This document shows, piece by piece, positions 50,502 through 60,365 of a stretch of DNA of 64,000 nucleotides (position 1 is its first letter; each line of letters starts with the position of its first letter). Under the pieces are notes generated by a model that did not search any database, was not told where the DNA came from, and saw nothing but the letters and a program-made list of their open reading frames with translations. This DNA is from Clostridia bacterium (GTDB taxonomy: Bacteria; Bacillota; Clostridia; Oscillospirales; CAG-272). Both the position numbers and the translations under genes were made by a program. The DNA is taken from positions 17,980 to 81,979 of the forward strand of contig JAGCXA010000014.1 in NCBI GenBank assembly GCA_017961575.1, written 5' to 3'.

Positions 50502-51437
50502 ATGGAAAACGAAAAATCATACGGATCGCGCCTGTTGCGTGGGATGACGAGGGACGGCAGCGCCCGGATCGTCGTCGCCGACGCCCGCGGGATCGTCGAT
50601 CACGCGCAGAAGGTCCATAAAACCGCGCCTACGGCGACGGCGGCGCTCGGACGGCTTCTGACCGCCGCGTCGATGCTTGGGAGTCTCCTGGGCGAAAAAA
50701 CCGACTCTCTGACCGTTACGGTCGCGGGGGACGGACCCGCCGGACGGCTTCTTGCCGTTTCCGACTACGTCGGGTGCGTCAGGGGATATATCGAGAATCC
50801 GGCGGTCGATCCGCCGCGGAAACCGAACGGAAAACTCGACGTCGGCGCCGCCGTCGGTCGCGGCTCTCTCACCGTGATCCGCGAGATCGGGGAAGGCGAA
50901 CGCCATACCGGGACGGTGGAACTCGTATCGGGCGAGATCGCCGAGGATTTCACGCGCTATTTCGCCGAGAGCGAGCAGATCCCGTCGGTCTGCTCTCTCG
51001 GGGTGCTCGTCGCCCCGGACTGCAGTTGCCGCGCCGCGGGCGGGGTTCTGATCCAACTGCTCCCGTTCCCCGATCCCGAAACCGTAGACAAGATCGAAGC
51101 GAACGTCCCGAAGATCTGCAATATCTCGTCGCTCCTCGACGGGGGAAAAACGCTCGAAGAGATAGCGGCTCTCGCGTTTGACGGGATCGAGTTCGATCCC
51201 TTCGACACGATCGACGTCGATTACGTCTGCACCTGTTCGCGGGAGCGGATGAAACGCGGGATCCGCTCGCTCGGAGAGAAGAAGATCGCGGAACTCTTCG
51301 ACGAAGAGGAGAAGGAAAACGGAAAGCGCGAGATCACGGCTGAGTGCCGTTTTTGCGATAAAAAATACCGCTTCACCGAGGCGGACTTCCGCCCGGTGAA
51401 ACGATCCGATGAAAAATCCAAAGGAGAGAAAAAATGA
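50502..51437 (+). CDS. hslO: Redox-regulated chaperone Hsp33
   Basis: 311 aa. C-terminal zinc switch CTCSRERM ... CRFCDKKYRF. Confidence 0.93.
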   Translation: MENEKSYGSRLLRGMTRDGSARIVVADARGIVDHAQKVHKTAPTATAALGRLLTAASMLGSLLGEKTDSLTVTVAGDGPAGRLLAVSDYVGCVRGYIENPAVDPPRKPNGKLDVGAAVGRGSLTVIREIGEGERHTGTVELVSGEIAEDFTRYFAESEQIPSVCSLGVLVAPDCSCRAAGGVLIQLLPFPDPETVDKIEANVPKICNISSLLDGGKTLEEIAALAFDGIEFDPFDTIDVDYVCTCSRERMKRGIRSLGEKKIAELFDEEEKENGKREITAECRFCDKKYRFTEADFRPVKRSDEKSKGEKK

Positions 51438-52666
51438 GCCAACTGAAAGGCAACGCCCTCGTCGGTCAGTCGGGAGGTCCGACCGCCGCCATCAACGCCA
51501 GTCTCGCCGGGGTGATCCGCGGGGTTCTGGCGCACCGGGACGCGATCCCCGAACTCTACGGCATGCGGAACGGGATCGAAGGGTTCCGGCAGGGCGACGT
51601 CGTATCTTTGCTTCCTCTTTTCGACGGAGAAAACAAACTCCGTCAGCTCGAACAGACTCCCGCGGCTGCGCTCGGCTCCTGCCGGAAGAAACTGCCGGAT
51701 CCGAAAAAGGAACCGGCGTTCTACGAGGATCTCGTCGCCCGTTTCAAAGAGAAGAATATCCGCTATTTCTTCTATATCGGCGGCAACGATTCGATGGACA
51801 CGGTGGCGAAACTCTCGGCGTATCTTGCTAACGCCGATTACGAAATGCGCGTCGTCGGCGTCCCGAAGACCATCGACAACGACCTCGCCGATACCGATCA
51901 CACGCCGGGCTTCGGTTCGGCGGCAAAGTACGTGGCGGTCACGCTCTCCGAGATCGTCCGCGACTGCGCGGTTTACCGCGTTCCCGCCGTCACGATCGTC
52001 GAGATCATGGGGCGTGACGCCGGATGGCTCACCGCGTCCGCCGCGCTTCCGGGCGCGATCAACGGCGAGGGCGTCGACCTGATCTACCTGCCGGAACGCC
52101 CGTTTACCTTCGAGCGGTTCACAGAGGATCTGAAAACGGCGTTTTTAAAGCATCCGAACCTCGTCGTGGCGATCTCCGAGGGGATCCGCTCGCCCGAGGG
52201 ACGCTATATCGGCGAGGGCGCGCAGAGCGGCGCGCTCGACGCCTTCGGTCATAAGTACCTCGCCGGGGCGGGCAAAGTGCTGGAATCGTTCGTTAAGGAA
52301 ACCTTCGGATGCAAGGTCCGTTCGTTTGAACTCTCGCTTCCGCAGCGGTGCGCTTCGCACCTCGCGTCGGATACCGATCTCACCGAGGCGGCAAAACTCG
52401 GCGACGCCGCGGTCGGAGCGGCGGTCGCGGGGAAGACCGCCGTGATGGCGGCGCTCGAACGCAAGCCGGGCGACGTTTACGGATGCGAAGTCGTTTTCCG
52501 TCCCGTAGATCGGATCGCCAACGCGATCCGGCGCGTACCCGACGAGTTCATAAACGACCGCGGCAACGGGATCACCCCCGCCGGGATCGCGTATCTTGCG
52601 CCGCTGATCCGCGGCGAGCGCAAGGTCGAATACCGCGACGGACTCCCGATTCACGCAATTATCTGA
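51434..52666 (+). CDS. pfp: 6-phosphofructokinase, long (PPi-dependent-type) form
   Basis: ATG overlaps the hslO stop (ATGA). Motifs GQSGGPTAAINASLAG, IGGNDSMD and PKTIDNDL. The 410-aa length fits the long PFK clade. Phosphoryl donor not determinable by eye. Confidence 0.85.
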   Translation: MSQLKGNALVGQSGGPTAAINASLAGVIRGVLAHRDAIPELYGMRNGIEGFRQGDVVSLLPLFDGENKLRQLEQTPAAALGSCRKKLPDPKKEPAFYEDLVARFKEKNIRYFFYIGGNDSMDTVAKLSAYLANADYEMRVVGVPKTIDNDLADTDHTPGFGSAAKYVAVTLSEIVRDCAVYRVPAVTIVEIMGRDAGWLTASAALPGAINGEGVDLIYLPERPFTFERFTEDLKTAFLKHPNLVVAISEGIRSPEGRYIGEGAQSGALDAFGHKYLAGAGKVLESFVKETFGCKVRSFELSLPQRCASHLASDTDLTEAAKLGDAAVGAAVAGKTAVMAALERKPGDVYGCEVVFRPVDRIANAIRRVPDEFINDRGNGITPAGIAYLAPLIRGERKVEYRDGLPIHAII

Positions 52667-52694
52667 CTTTATTTTCAGGCAGATAGTATTTTCG

Positions 52695-52742
52695 CAAAAA
52701 AAGAAGGCGACCGATGAGATCATCGGTCGCCTGATCTTTTTA
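52695..52742. terminator. Bidirectional terminator between pfk and ftsZ
   Basis: Perfect 12-bp stem aggcgaccgatg/catcggtcgcct with a 4-nt loop, flanked by caaaaaaag and gatcttttta. Confidence 0.85.
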
Positions 52743-52762
52743 TACCGTATTGCGCGGAAGGA

Positions 52763-53944
52763 TCACGGCTTTTTGGTTTTGTTCAGGATGTTCAGAATAT
52801 CGTCGAGGTCGATCTCGTCTTCAAACGGCGGAACCGAACCGTCGCCCGCCGATTTACCGCCGAAAGCGTCGTCGGCATTCTCTCCGCGATCCTCGGTTTT
52901 TTCAACGGGCTCGGTCGACGTCGCGTCGGTTTCGCCGTCCTCGGTTTGCTCGCCCGCGTCGGTCGCCGGAGCCGCGGGTTTTTCCTTATCGAACCCGGTC
53001 GCGATGATCGTGATCCGAAGCTCGTCCTGCAACGTGGGATCAAACGCGGCGCCCCAGATGATGTTCGCCTCGGGATGCGCGGCGTTCGCGATCATACTCG
53101 ACGCCAGATACACGTCGTCGAGCGAGATGTCGGGGGCGGCGGTAAAGTTGACGAGAACTCCGGTCGCGCCCGAGATCGAGGTTTCGAGCAAGGGGGAAGA
53201 GATGGCTGTCGTCGCGGCGATCGCCGCTTTGTCCTCGCCTCTCCCGGTCCCGACGCCCATATGGGCGAATCCGGCGTCCTTCATTACCGAAACGACGTCG
53301 GCAAAGTCGACGTTGACAAATCCGGGGATATTGACGATCTCGGACACGCTCTGCACGCCCTGACGGAGAACGTCGTCGGCGGTCTCGAAGGCGTTTGCGA
53401 GGGTGATCTTGCCCTCGGAGACCTGTTTTAACCGTTCGTTCGGAATGACGATCAGAGAGTCGACGTACTGGCGCAGGATCTCGATCCCGGCGTCCGCCTG
53501 GGTCATCCGGCGTTTTCCCTCGAACAGGAAGGGCTTGGTCACGATCCCGATGGTCAGGATGTTCATTTCCTTCGCGATCTTCGCGACGACGGGCGCCGCG
53601 CCCGTTCCGGTTCCGCCGCCCATACCCGTGGTGACGAACACCATATCCGCCCCCTCAAGCAGGTGACGGATGTCCTCGATGCTCTCCTCGGCGGAACGCC
53701 GCCCGATTTCGGGATCGGAACCGGCGCCGCGTCCGTTCGTGATCTTTTCACCGATCACGAGTTTCTGGGACGCGCTCGAAAAGGAAAGCACCTGCGCGTC
53801 GGTGTTGACGGCGATGAAATCCACCCCGCGGATGTTGGTGGAGATCATACGGTTCACGGCGTTGTTACCGCCGCCGCCGATGCCGACGACCTTGATCTTG
53901 ACCCCGTTGTCAATGACTTCGTTGTATTCAAACGCCATTGTCAC
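52763..53944 (-). CDS. ftsZ: Cell division protein FtsZ
   Basis: Tubulin signature [14 protein letters not shown]-terminal [17 protein letters not shown], and a C-terminal conserved peptide DDILNIL. Confidence 0.97.
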   Translation of the reverse strand: MTMAFEYNEVIDNGVKIKVVGIGGGGNNAVNRMISTNIRGVDFIAVNTDAQVLSFSSASQKLVIGEKITNGRGAGSDPEIGRRSAEESIEDIRHLLEGADMVFVTTGMGGGTGTGAAPVVAKIAKEMNILTIGIVTKPFLFEGKRRMTQADAGIEILRQYVDSLIVIPNERLKQVSEGKITLANAFETADDVLRQGVQSVSEIVNIPGFVNVDFADVVSVMKDAGFAHMGVGTGRGEDKAAIAATTAISSPLLETSISGATGVLVNFTAAPDISLDDVYLASSMIANAAHPEANIIWGAAFDPTLQDELRITIIATGFDKEKPAAPATDAGEQTEDGETDATSTEPVEKTEDRGENADDAFGGKSAGDGSVPPFEDEIDLDDILNILNKTKKP

Positions 53945-53990
53945 ACCTCCGCAAAAAATTGGTGGAAAGAGTGTATATTTCTACAATGAT

Positions 53991-54019
53991 ATAATACAAA
54001 ATCTTCCGAATAAATGCAA
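53991..54019 (-). promoter_or_regulatory. Candidate sigma-A promoter for ftsZ
   Basis: On the minus strand, TTGCAT (54019-54014), 17 nt, then TATTAT (53996-53991), within a 150-bp AT-rich gap. Confidence 0.4.
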
Positions 54020-54094
54020 TACCTTCTTGTTATTATTCACACTTTGTTAACATCTATCGTGATATTAGCAATATAAAGTAGGGCAGAAGACGAA

Positions 54095-55192
54095 CTATCT
54101 CTCTAATCCGGGGCAGAGCGCAAGGATCTCGCGAAGGATGACCGAATCGCTGTCCGGGGTGCGGAAACGTGAAAGAATCTCTCTCATTTTTTCCCGGATC
54201 CCTCGGTCCGAGAGTATTTTCCGCATTTCCCGTATCAGTACGTCCGGGGTCAGATTTGCGTCCGGAAGCAGGATCGACGCCCCCTTTTGCGACAACGCCT
54301 CGGCGTTTCTCGTCTGGTGATCTCCCGCCGCCTTCGGGTACGGGACGAGGATCGCCGGCGCCCCCGCCGCCGCGATCTCGGAGACCGTCATCGCCCCGGC
54401 GCGGCAGACGACGGCATCGCACGCGAACAGCTCGGTCGGCATATCGTCGATATACGACCGTGTTTCGTACCGCCCGGTCGGATCGGCTGCGTCTTCGGCG
54501 GATTGGTTTTGTCCGACGGCGTGCAGGATCGTCAGGTTCGGGTAGAGTGACAGGAGACGAGGCGCTGCGCGTGAAACGGTCTCGTTCAGTTTCTCCGCGC
54601 CGAGACTCCCGCCGAAAACGACGAGACGGAGCGCGTTTGCGGACAGTCCGAGCCGCCGCCTTGCTTCGTCCCTTGAAAGAGTATAGAACTCTTGTCGGAG
54701 CGGATTGCCCGAAACGACGGTTTTTTTCGCGCCCTTGAAATCCCGTTCCGCCGACGGAAAGTTGAGGAGTACGAGATCGGTATGGCGCGAAAGCGCCCTT
54801 GCCGCGATCCCCGCTTTCGCGTTCGATTCGTGCAGAACGGTCGGGATCCCGCGAAAAGAAGCGACGCGCAGAACGGGATAACAGACGTATCCCCCCGTTC
54901 CGAGAACCAGATCCGGGGCTTCCTCTTTTAAGATCCTCCCGGCGACTGAAAACGAACGGAGCAGCGAAAAAGCCGCGCCGATATTCCGGGGCGAGAATGA
55001 TCGCCGCAGTTTTTCGACCGGGATATGCCGGATCGGGTATCCCGCCGCGCCGACGAGGCGGTTTTCCATCCCCTCCGGCGTTCCGACGAACACGGCTTGC
55101 AACCCCGGAATCCGTCTTTTCAGAATATCCGCGATCGAGATCGCGGGATTGATATGTCCGGCTGTACCGCCGCAGGCAAACAGAATCTTCAT
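54095..55192 (-). CDS. murG: UDP-GlcNAc:lipid I N-acetylglucosaminyltransferase MurG
   Basis: The MKILFACGGTAGHINPA start at 55192 is preceded by AAAGGAG. The ORF-track start 55225 would overlap ftsW. Confidence 0.93.
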   Translation of the reverse strand: MKILFACGGTAGHINPAISIADILKRRIPGLQAVFVGTPEGMENRLVGAAGYPIRHIPVEKLRRSFSPRNIGAAFSLLRSFSVAGRILKEEAPDLVLGTGGYVCYPVLRVASFRGIPTVLHESNAKAGIAARALSRHTDLVLLNFPSAERDFKGAKKTVVSGNPLRQEFYTLSRDEARRRLGLSANALRLVVFGGSLGAEKLNETVSRAAPRLLSLYPNLTILHAVGQNQSAEDAADPTGRYETRSYIDDMPTELFACDAVVCRAGAMTVSEIAAAGAPAILVPYPKAAGDHQTRNAEALSQKGASILLPDANLTPDVLIREMRKILSDRGIREKMREILSRFRTPDSDSVILREILALCPGLER

Positions 55193-55208
55193 ACGCATCT
55201 CCTTTCGG

Positions 55209-56402
55209 TTATCCGATCGGCGCATCGCGCGAGATGGACAACAGGATCCCCATCTCGAAAAAGAGCATCACGAGCGACGATCCGCCGTAACTGAAAAAGG
55301 GGAGCGAGATCCCGGTGTTCGGAATGGTGTTGGTTACGACGGCGAGGTTTAAGAGGACCTGCACCGCGATCTTTCCCGCGATTCCGAGGCAGACGAGACG
55401 CGAAAAGGGATCGAAGGAGCGCAGTCCGACCCGAACCGCCCGGAAAATGAAAAGAGCGAAGAGGACCGCGACGCCGACGGCTCCGAGGAACCCCGTTTCC
55501 TCGCAGAGGATCGTGTAGATCATATCGTTTGCCGGTTCGGATACGTAACTGTATTTGAGGACGCTTTTCCCGAATCCGCGCCCGAAAAAGCCGCCGGATC
55601 CGATCGCCATCAACCCCTGCAAAGTCTGCCAGCCGCCGTCAAGCGGATATTTTTCTGGATTCAGCCAGATCGTGATTCGCCGTTTCGTGTATTCAGTCAG
55701 CGTCGCAAACGCCGTCACCCCGATCGCGGCGGCGCCGCCGAAGAATCCGAGGTAACGGAGCGAAATGCCAGAAAAGAGCATCACGAGGATCCCGATACAG
55801 CCGAGGATGATAAGCCCCGATAAGTGCTTTTGCAAAAGGACGAGTACACAGATCGCTCCGATCAGAAGAAACGGAAACAGCGTTCCGTAAAGAAAGGCGT
55901 TCCGTCGCCGCCGTCTGTCCAGCGCGTGCTCGGAGTTTTCGGCGTAGTAGCGGGAAAGGATCAGGATCAGCGCCGTTTTCGCGAACTCCGACGGCTGAAA
56001 GGTCAGAGGACCGATCGCGATCCAACGCTGCGCCCCGTTTCCGGCGATCCCGATGACGAGGACGGCGAGAAGAAGCAGGATCGTCGCGGCGTAGAGCGTC
56101 GGCGCGATCCCGTACCAGAACCGCGACGACGGAAGCAGAGACAGAAGCATCACGCCGATCCCGACGACGACCCAAACGATCTGCCGCTCGATGAAGTAAT
56201 ATCCGTTGTGATAACGGTTTTCGGCGTAGGGGAATCCCGCGGAGAAAACCGTAACGGTTCCCGCCGCGGCGAGCAGCAGGATCAGAACGAGAAGCGTAGG
56301 ATCGATTCCGCGCGCCGTCTTGTAAAAGAGCGGGGCGTCCCCTTGGGGAAAGGACGGGATCAGCGCCCTCCGGAACGGGTTTCTTTTTGAGACGGATTGC
56401 AT
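55209..56402 (-). CDS. FtsW/RodA/SpoVE-family SEDS peptidoglycan polymerase
   Basis: 397 aa, 10-TM SEDS pattern with the C-terminal motif TGISLPFFSYGGSS. Its dcw position corresponds to ftsW/spoVE. Confidence 0.9.
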   Translation of the reverse strand: MQSVSKRNPFRRALIPSFPQGDAPLFYKTARGIDPTLLVLILLLAAAGTVTVFSAGFPYAENRYHNGYYFIERQIVWVVVGIGVMLLSLLPSSRFWYGIAPTLYAATILLLLAVLVIGIAGNGAQRWIAIGPLTFQPSEFAKTALILILSRYYAENSEHALDRRRRRNAFLYGTLFPFLLIGAICVLVLLQKHLSGLIILGCIGILVMLFSGISLRYLGFFGGAAAIGVTAFATLTEYTKRRITIWLNPEKYPLDGGWQTLQGLMAIGSGGFFGRGFGKSVLKYSYVSEPANDMIYTILCEETGFLGAVGVAVLFALFIFRAVRVGLRSFDPFSRLVCLGIAGKIAVQVLLNLAVVTNTIPNTGISLPFFSYGGSSLVMLFFEMGILLSISRDAPIG

Positions 56403-56417
56403 AGGCGTCCTTTCGGT

Positions 56418-57407
56418 TCAGAAAAGAAGCAGATAGGCGAGAGCCGACGTGAGAAGAGAAAAGAACGAAAAGACCGCGACGATCTTCGGTTCGCTCCATC
56501 CGAGCGACTCGAAATGATGATGGATCGGCGCCATACGAAAAAGGCGGCGTCCCCCGGTGATCTTGAAGAACCCGACCTGCAAGACGACCGACAGCCCCTC
56601 CAAAACGTACAGAAACCCGGCGAAGAAAATCAGAACGGGATCTCCCGCGAGGAAGCTGCATCCCGCGAGCGCGGCGCCGAGAAAGAGAGAGCCGGTGTCG
56701 CCCATGAAAGCGCGGGCTGGATGGTAGTTGAAGAGGAGAAAGCCCGCCGCGCCGCCGAAGATCGCGCCCGAGAAGAGCGAAAGCGGTTCAGAGAGAAGTC
56801 CCGCGCCGACAAGACCGAAGAATCCGGCGAGAATCGCGGCGTCCGAGGCGGCGAGTCCGTCGATCCCGTCGGTCAGATTGGCGCAGTTGACGATCCCGAC
56901 GAGAAGGAACGCGGAAAAAAGATAAAAGACGAAATCCGTCCGAAACGGCGCCGGGAGCGGAAGGCGTGAAAGATCGGGGCGGAAACCGTAGATCGCGAGC
57001 AGCGAAAGGTACGCCGCCGCGGCGACCGACTGCAACACCAGTTTTTGACGAGGGGTCAGTCCGTCGTTCCGTCCGTGTCTGAATTTCGCGAGATCGTCGA
57101 CGATCCCGACGACGCCGTTCATGAGAGCGAAAAGGATCGTCAGAAGGAGGAAGACGACCGATTGCCGCGTCGCGCGTGGCAAAAGCAAGACGCATCCGAG
57201 AAGCCCCGCGAAGAGGATCGGGGGAAGAAAAGAGATCCCGCCCATCGTGGGCGTGCCTTCTTTTTTCATATGCCAGCGCGGCCCTTCGACGAGGATTTTT
57301 TGTCCCATTTTACGGGCGGTCAGCAAAGGGATCAGGAGTTTACCGAGCAGGACCGTTCCCGAAAAAGAGAAAAGCGCGGAAGCCAAAAACCAGAGTCCGA
57401 CGTTCAT
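56418..57407 (-). CDS. mraY: Phospho-N-acetylmuramoyl-pentapeptide transferase MraY
   Basis: 329 aa. Motifs TPTMGG, NLTDGIDGLA and APIHHHFE. Confidence 0.95.
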   Translation of the reverse strand: MNVGLWFLASALFSFSGTVLLGKLLIPLLTARKMGQKILVEGPRWHMKKEGTPTMGGISFLPPILFAGLLGCVLLLPRATRQSVVFLLLTILFALMNGVVGIVDDLAKFRHGRNDGLTPRQKLVLQSVAAAAYLSLLAIYGFRPDLSRLPLPAPFRTDFVFYLFSAFLLVGIVNCANLTDGIDGLAASDAAILAGFFGLVGAGLLSEPLSLFSGAIFGGAAGFLLFNYHPARAFMGDTGSLFLGAALAGCSFLAGDPVLIFFAGFLYVLEGLSVVLQVGFFKITGGRRLFRMAPIHHHFESLGWSEPKIVAVFSFFSLLTSALAYLLLF

Positions 57408-57446
57408 TTGATCTTGTCGCCCGTGGGCGATCTTTCCTTTCCGCGG

Positions 57447-58874
57447 TCAAGTTTCCGCTTGTTTTAACAGAGGGACGACCGATTCGAGCGCCAAAGCGCG
57501 CGACCCCTTGACATAGAGAAGATCGCCCGGCTTCGCTCTGCTTTTGAATTCTTTCACAAGTCGCGCGAGTTCGTTTGGCGCGTAAAACCCGACATTCTCG
57601 CACGGGAAACCCGCGTCGACTGCGCCCTCCGCGTAATACGAGGCAAGTTCTCCCATACAGAAGAGGTATTCCGGAAAGAGCCCCGCCGCCCTGCGTCCGA
57701 CGGCGCGGTGATATTCCGGCGCCGCGTCGCCGAGTTCGAGCATTTCCCCGAGAAGAAGAAAAAGCCGTTTCCCCTCGGTTCGATAACGCGAAAGAGAATC
57801 GAGCGCGGAGATCGTCGGTTCCGGCGAGGCGTTGTAGCAATCCAGAATCACGGAAACGCCCCCGATCGTCTCGGTTTGTCGCCTGAGGGGCGGGGGAGAA
57901 AGGCGGGACAGCCCCGAAAGCGTGATTTCCCGGCTGACGCCGAGCGTCTCGCACACGGCGAAACAGAACGCGGCGGAAGAGATGAGAGGCGGGTCGCATC
58001 CGGGGAGAACAACGTCCTCGACCGTTCCGACGGGGGAAGCGAGCGTAACGGTCGCCCGTCCGCCGTCGACGCCGAGAAGTTTCAGAGCGTAGTCCCCGTG
58101 GAAAGCCGGATCCGTCGAAACCGTCGCCGACCGAACCGGAAGCGAACCGATCCGCTCGGAAAGCGCCGGATCGTTCGCGGGAAAGAGCAGTAAGCCGCCC
58201 GGTTTGATTCCGTCGGCGATCTCGCATTTCGCTTCCCGGATCGTGTCGACCGAACCAAGAAGACCGACGTGCGCAGACCCGATTGCGGTGATCGCCGCGA
58301 CGTCCGGACGGATCAGGCGTGAGAGCCGTGAAATCTCACCCCGCCCTCGCATACCGAGTTCGGCGACGAGAATCCGCGTTTTCTCCGGGATCGAAAGAAG
58401 CGTCAGGGCAAGCGCGAGATCGGTGTTCCCGTTGCCCTTCGTGTACGCGACGGTGAGGGCGGCGGAAAGGATCCCGGTCAGATGGTGGCGCAGGGTCGTT
58501 TTTCCGTAACTCCCCGTGATCCCGACCGTTCGGTGCGGAATCGTCTCCGCGTATCGCGCGGCGGCGTCGGTCAGGACGGCAAGCGGGTCGGAAACGGCAA
58601 GAACGCGCGGATCGTCCGACGCTTCGTGCGAGAGAACGAGCGACGCGCCGTAAGCCAACGCCTCTCCGATATACGCCGCACCGTCGGTTTTTTCGCCCGT
58701 CAGCGCGACGAACAGGTCTCCCGGACGGATTTCCCGCGAATCGGTCGAGATCGCCGTAATCGGCGGAAAAACGCCGTCGGAGACGAACCCGAAAAGCGAA
58801 GGGTCAATCGGCGTCCCGGTTTCGATTCGCATTCTCCGCGCCCTCCATAGTATGACCACACCTTCGCGCTTCAA
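57447..58874 (-). CDS. murF: UDP-MurNAc-tripeptide--D-Ala-D-Ala ligase MurF
   Basis: ATP-binding motif GITGSYGKTT. The start is uncertain: 58874 or the internal ATG at 58832. Both overlap the murE end. Confidence 0.88.
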   Translation of the reverse strand: MKREGVVILWRARRMRIETGTPIDPSLFGFVSDGVFPPITAISTDSREIRPGDLFVALTGEKTDGAAYIGEALAYGASLVLSHEASDDPRVLAVSDPLAVLTDAAARYAETIPHRTVGITGSYGKTTLRHHLTGILSAALTVAYTKGNGNTDLALALTLLSIPEKTRILVAELGMRGRGEISRLSRLIRPDVAAITAIGSAHVGLLGSVDTIREAKCEIADGIKPGGLLLFPANDPALSERIGSLPVRSATVSTDPAFHGDYALKLLGVDGGRATVTLASPVGTVEDVVLPGCDPPLISSAAFCFAVCETLGVSREITLSGLSRLSPPPLRRQTETIGGVSVILDCYNASPEPTISALDSLSRYRTEGKRLFLLLGEMLELGDAAPEYHRAVGRRAAGLFPEYLFCMGELASYYAEGAVDAGFPCENVGFYAPNELARLVKEFKSRAKPGDLLYVKGSRALALESVVPLLKQAET

Positions 58875-60348
58875 GCGCGGCTTGCGCGATTTTCTTTTCG
58901 TCGAACGGGTGTTTCCCGTCTGCGTCGATCTCGTATTTTTCGTGTCCTTTTCCGACGAGCAGGATCACGTCCCCCGAAGTCGCCCGTTCGATCGCGTAGG
59001 CGATCGCGTGCTCGCGTTTCACGATCACACGTCGTTTTTCGGGGCGTTTCATTCCCGAAAGGATTTCGAGAATGATCTTTTTCGGGTCTTCACTTCGGCT
59101 GTTGTCGCTCGTAACGACGGTGAAATCGGCAAGTTCCTCCGCCGTTTTTCCCATCTCACTCCGTTTGCCCGGATCGCGGTCGCCGCCGCATCCGAAGAGA
59201 AGCACGATCCGCCCGCCGGGCGGAAGAAACGACCGGACGGACAAGAGAAGAGAGCGCAGCGCCGCCTCGGTGTGCGCGTAATCAATGAAGACCGAGAAGG
59301 GCAGTCCCCCGGTATCGATCCTTTCCATCCGCCCGGGAACGCCGGGAAAGTGCGAAAGGGAGGCGAGCGCGGTCCCGCTGTCGACGCCGAGCACGCGCGC
59401 CGCCGTCAGCGCCAGAAGCGAATTCTGCACCGCAAAGGAGCCCGGGATCGGCAGAAAAACGGGGAATTCGCCGTCCCGTGATCTGTACAGATAGGAGACG
59501 CCTTCCGCCCCGTGCAGGGAAACGTCCTTCGCCGTCACGTCGCAGTTGCCGAGCGTCCCGCAGGTAAGACGGTTGCAGGAGAGCCCGTCGAGCAGAAGAT
59601 CCGACCAGGGAGAGTCGCCGTTCACGACGGCGACGTCGGTTTGTTTGAAGAGGGTCTTTTTCGCCGCAAGATAGGCGATCATCGTTTTGTGAAAATCAAG
59701 ATGTTCGGGGCTCAGATTCGTGAAGACGGAAGCCGCAAAACGGAGCGGCGCGACCCGCGACGCGCACAGCGCCTGCGAGGAGACCTCGATCACGACGTGC
59801 GTGATCCCGGAGTCCGCCATCGCCGAAAGCAACGGGTAGAGGGTCAGGGGAGGCGGGGTCGTCATCGTTTTGGCGTCTCCTTCGTGAAAGGCGTCGAACG
59901 CCGTTTCCTTTCCGGCGACGCCCAAATACCCCGTCGTTCCGATCATCCCGCAGGGGATCCCCGCGTCCGAGAGGATCGACCGGAGCATCGTCGCGACGCC
60001 GGTTTTTCCGTTCGTTCCCGTGACGCCGATCAGAGTCAGTCGTTTTCCGGGAGAACCGTAAAACCGGCTGACGGCGAACGCTTCCGCGCGTCTCGTATCG
60101 GCGACGGGGATCAGAGGGATCCCTGCCTCCCGTCCGGCGTGTGCAAGCGAGACGACGGCGGCAACGCATCCCGCGTCTCTCAACGTCGGGAGAAGAACGT
60201 GTGCGTCGTATCGGCTCCCTTTGTGACAGAAGAACAGTGTGCCCGGCTCGATGTTTCGTCCGTCGTTTCCGATCCTCTCGACGTGGATTCCTGCGGGGAT
60301 CGCTCCGCCGTCGAATTCTCCCGGAAAGATCAGTTCGTTCAGTTCCAT
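58804..60348 (-). CDS. murE: UDP-MurNAc-L-Ala-D-Glu--2,6-diaminopimelate (or L-Lys) ligase MurE
   Basis: Motif GVTGTNGKT and the Mur ligase middle and C-terminal domains. 514 aa. Confidence 0.92.
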   Translation of the reverse strand: MELNELIFPGEFDGGAIPAGIHVERIGNDGRNIEPGTLFFCHKGSRYDAHVLLPTLRDAGCVAAVVSLAHAGREAGIPLIPVADTRRAEAFAVSRFYGSPGKRLTLIGVTGTNGKTGVATMLRSILSDAGIPCGMIGTTGYLGVAGKETAFDAFHEGDAKTMTTPPPLTLYPLLSAMADSGITHVVIEVSSQALCASRVAPLRFAASVFTNLSPEHLDFHKTMIAYLAAKKTLFKQTDVAVVNGDSPWSDLLLDGLSCNRLTCGTLGNCDVTAKDVSLHGAEGVSYLYRSRDGEFPVFLPIPGSFAVQNSLLALTAARVLGVDSGTALASLSHFPGVPGRMERIDTGGLPFSVFIDYAHTEAALRSLLLSVRSFLPPGGRIVLLFGCGGDRDPGKRSEMGKTAEELADFTVVTSDNSRSEDPKKIILEILSGMKRPEKRRVIVKREHAIAYAIERATSGDVILLVGKGHEKYEIDADGKHPFDEKKIAQAALEARRCGHTMEGAENANRNRDAD

Positions 60349-60365
60349 TCGTTTCTCCTTTTCGT

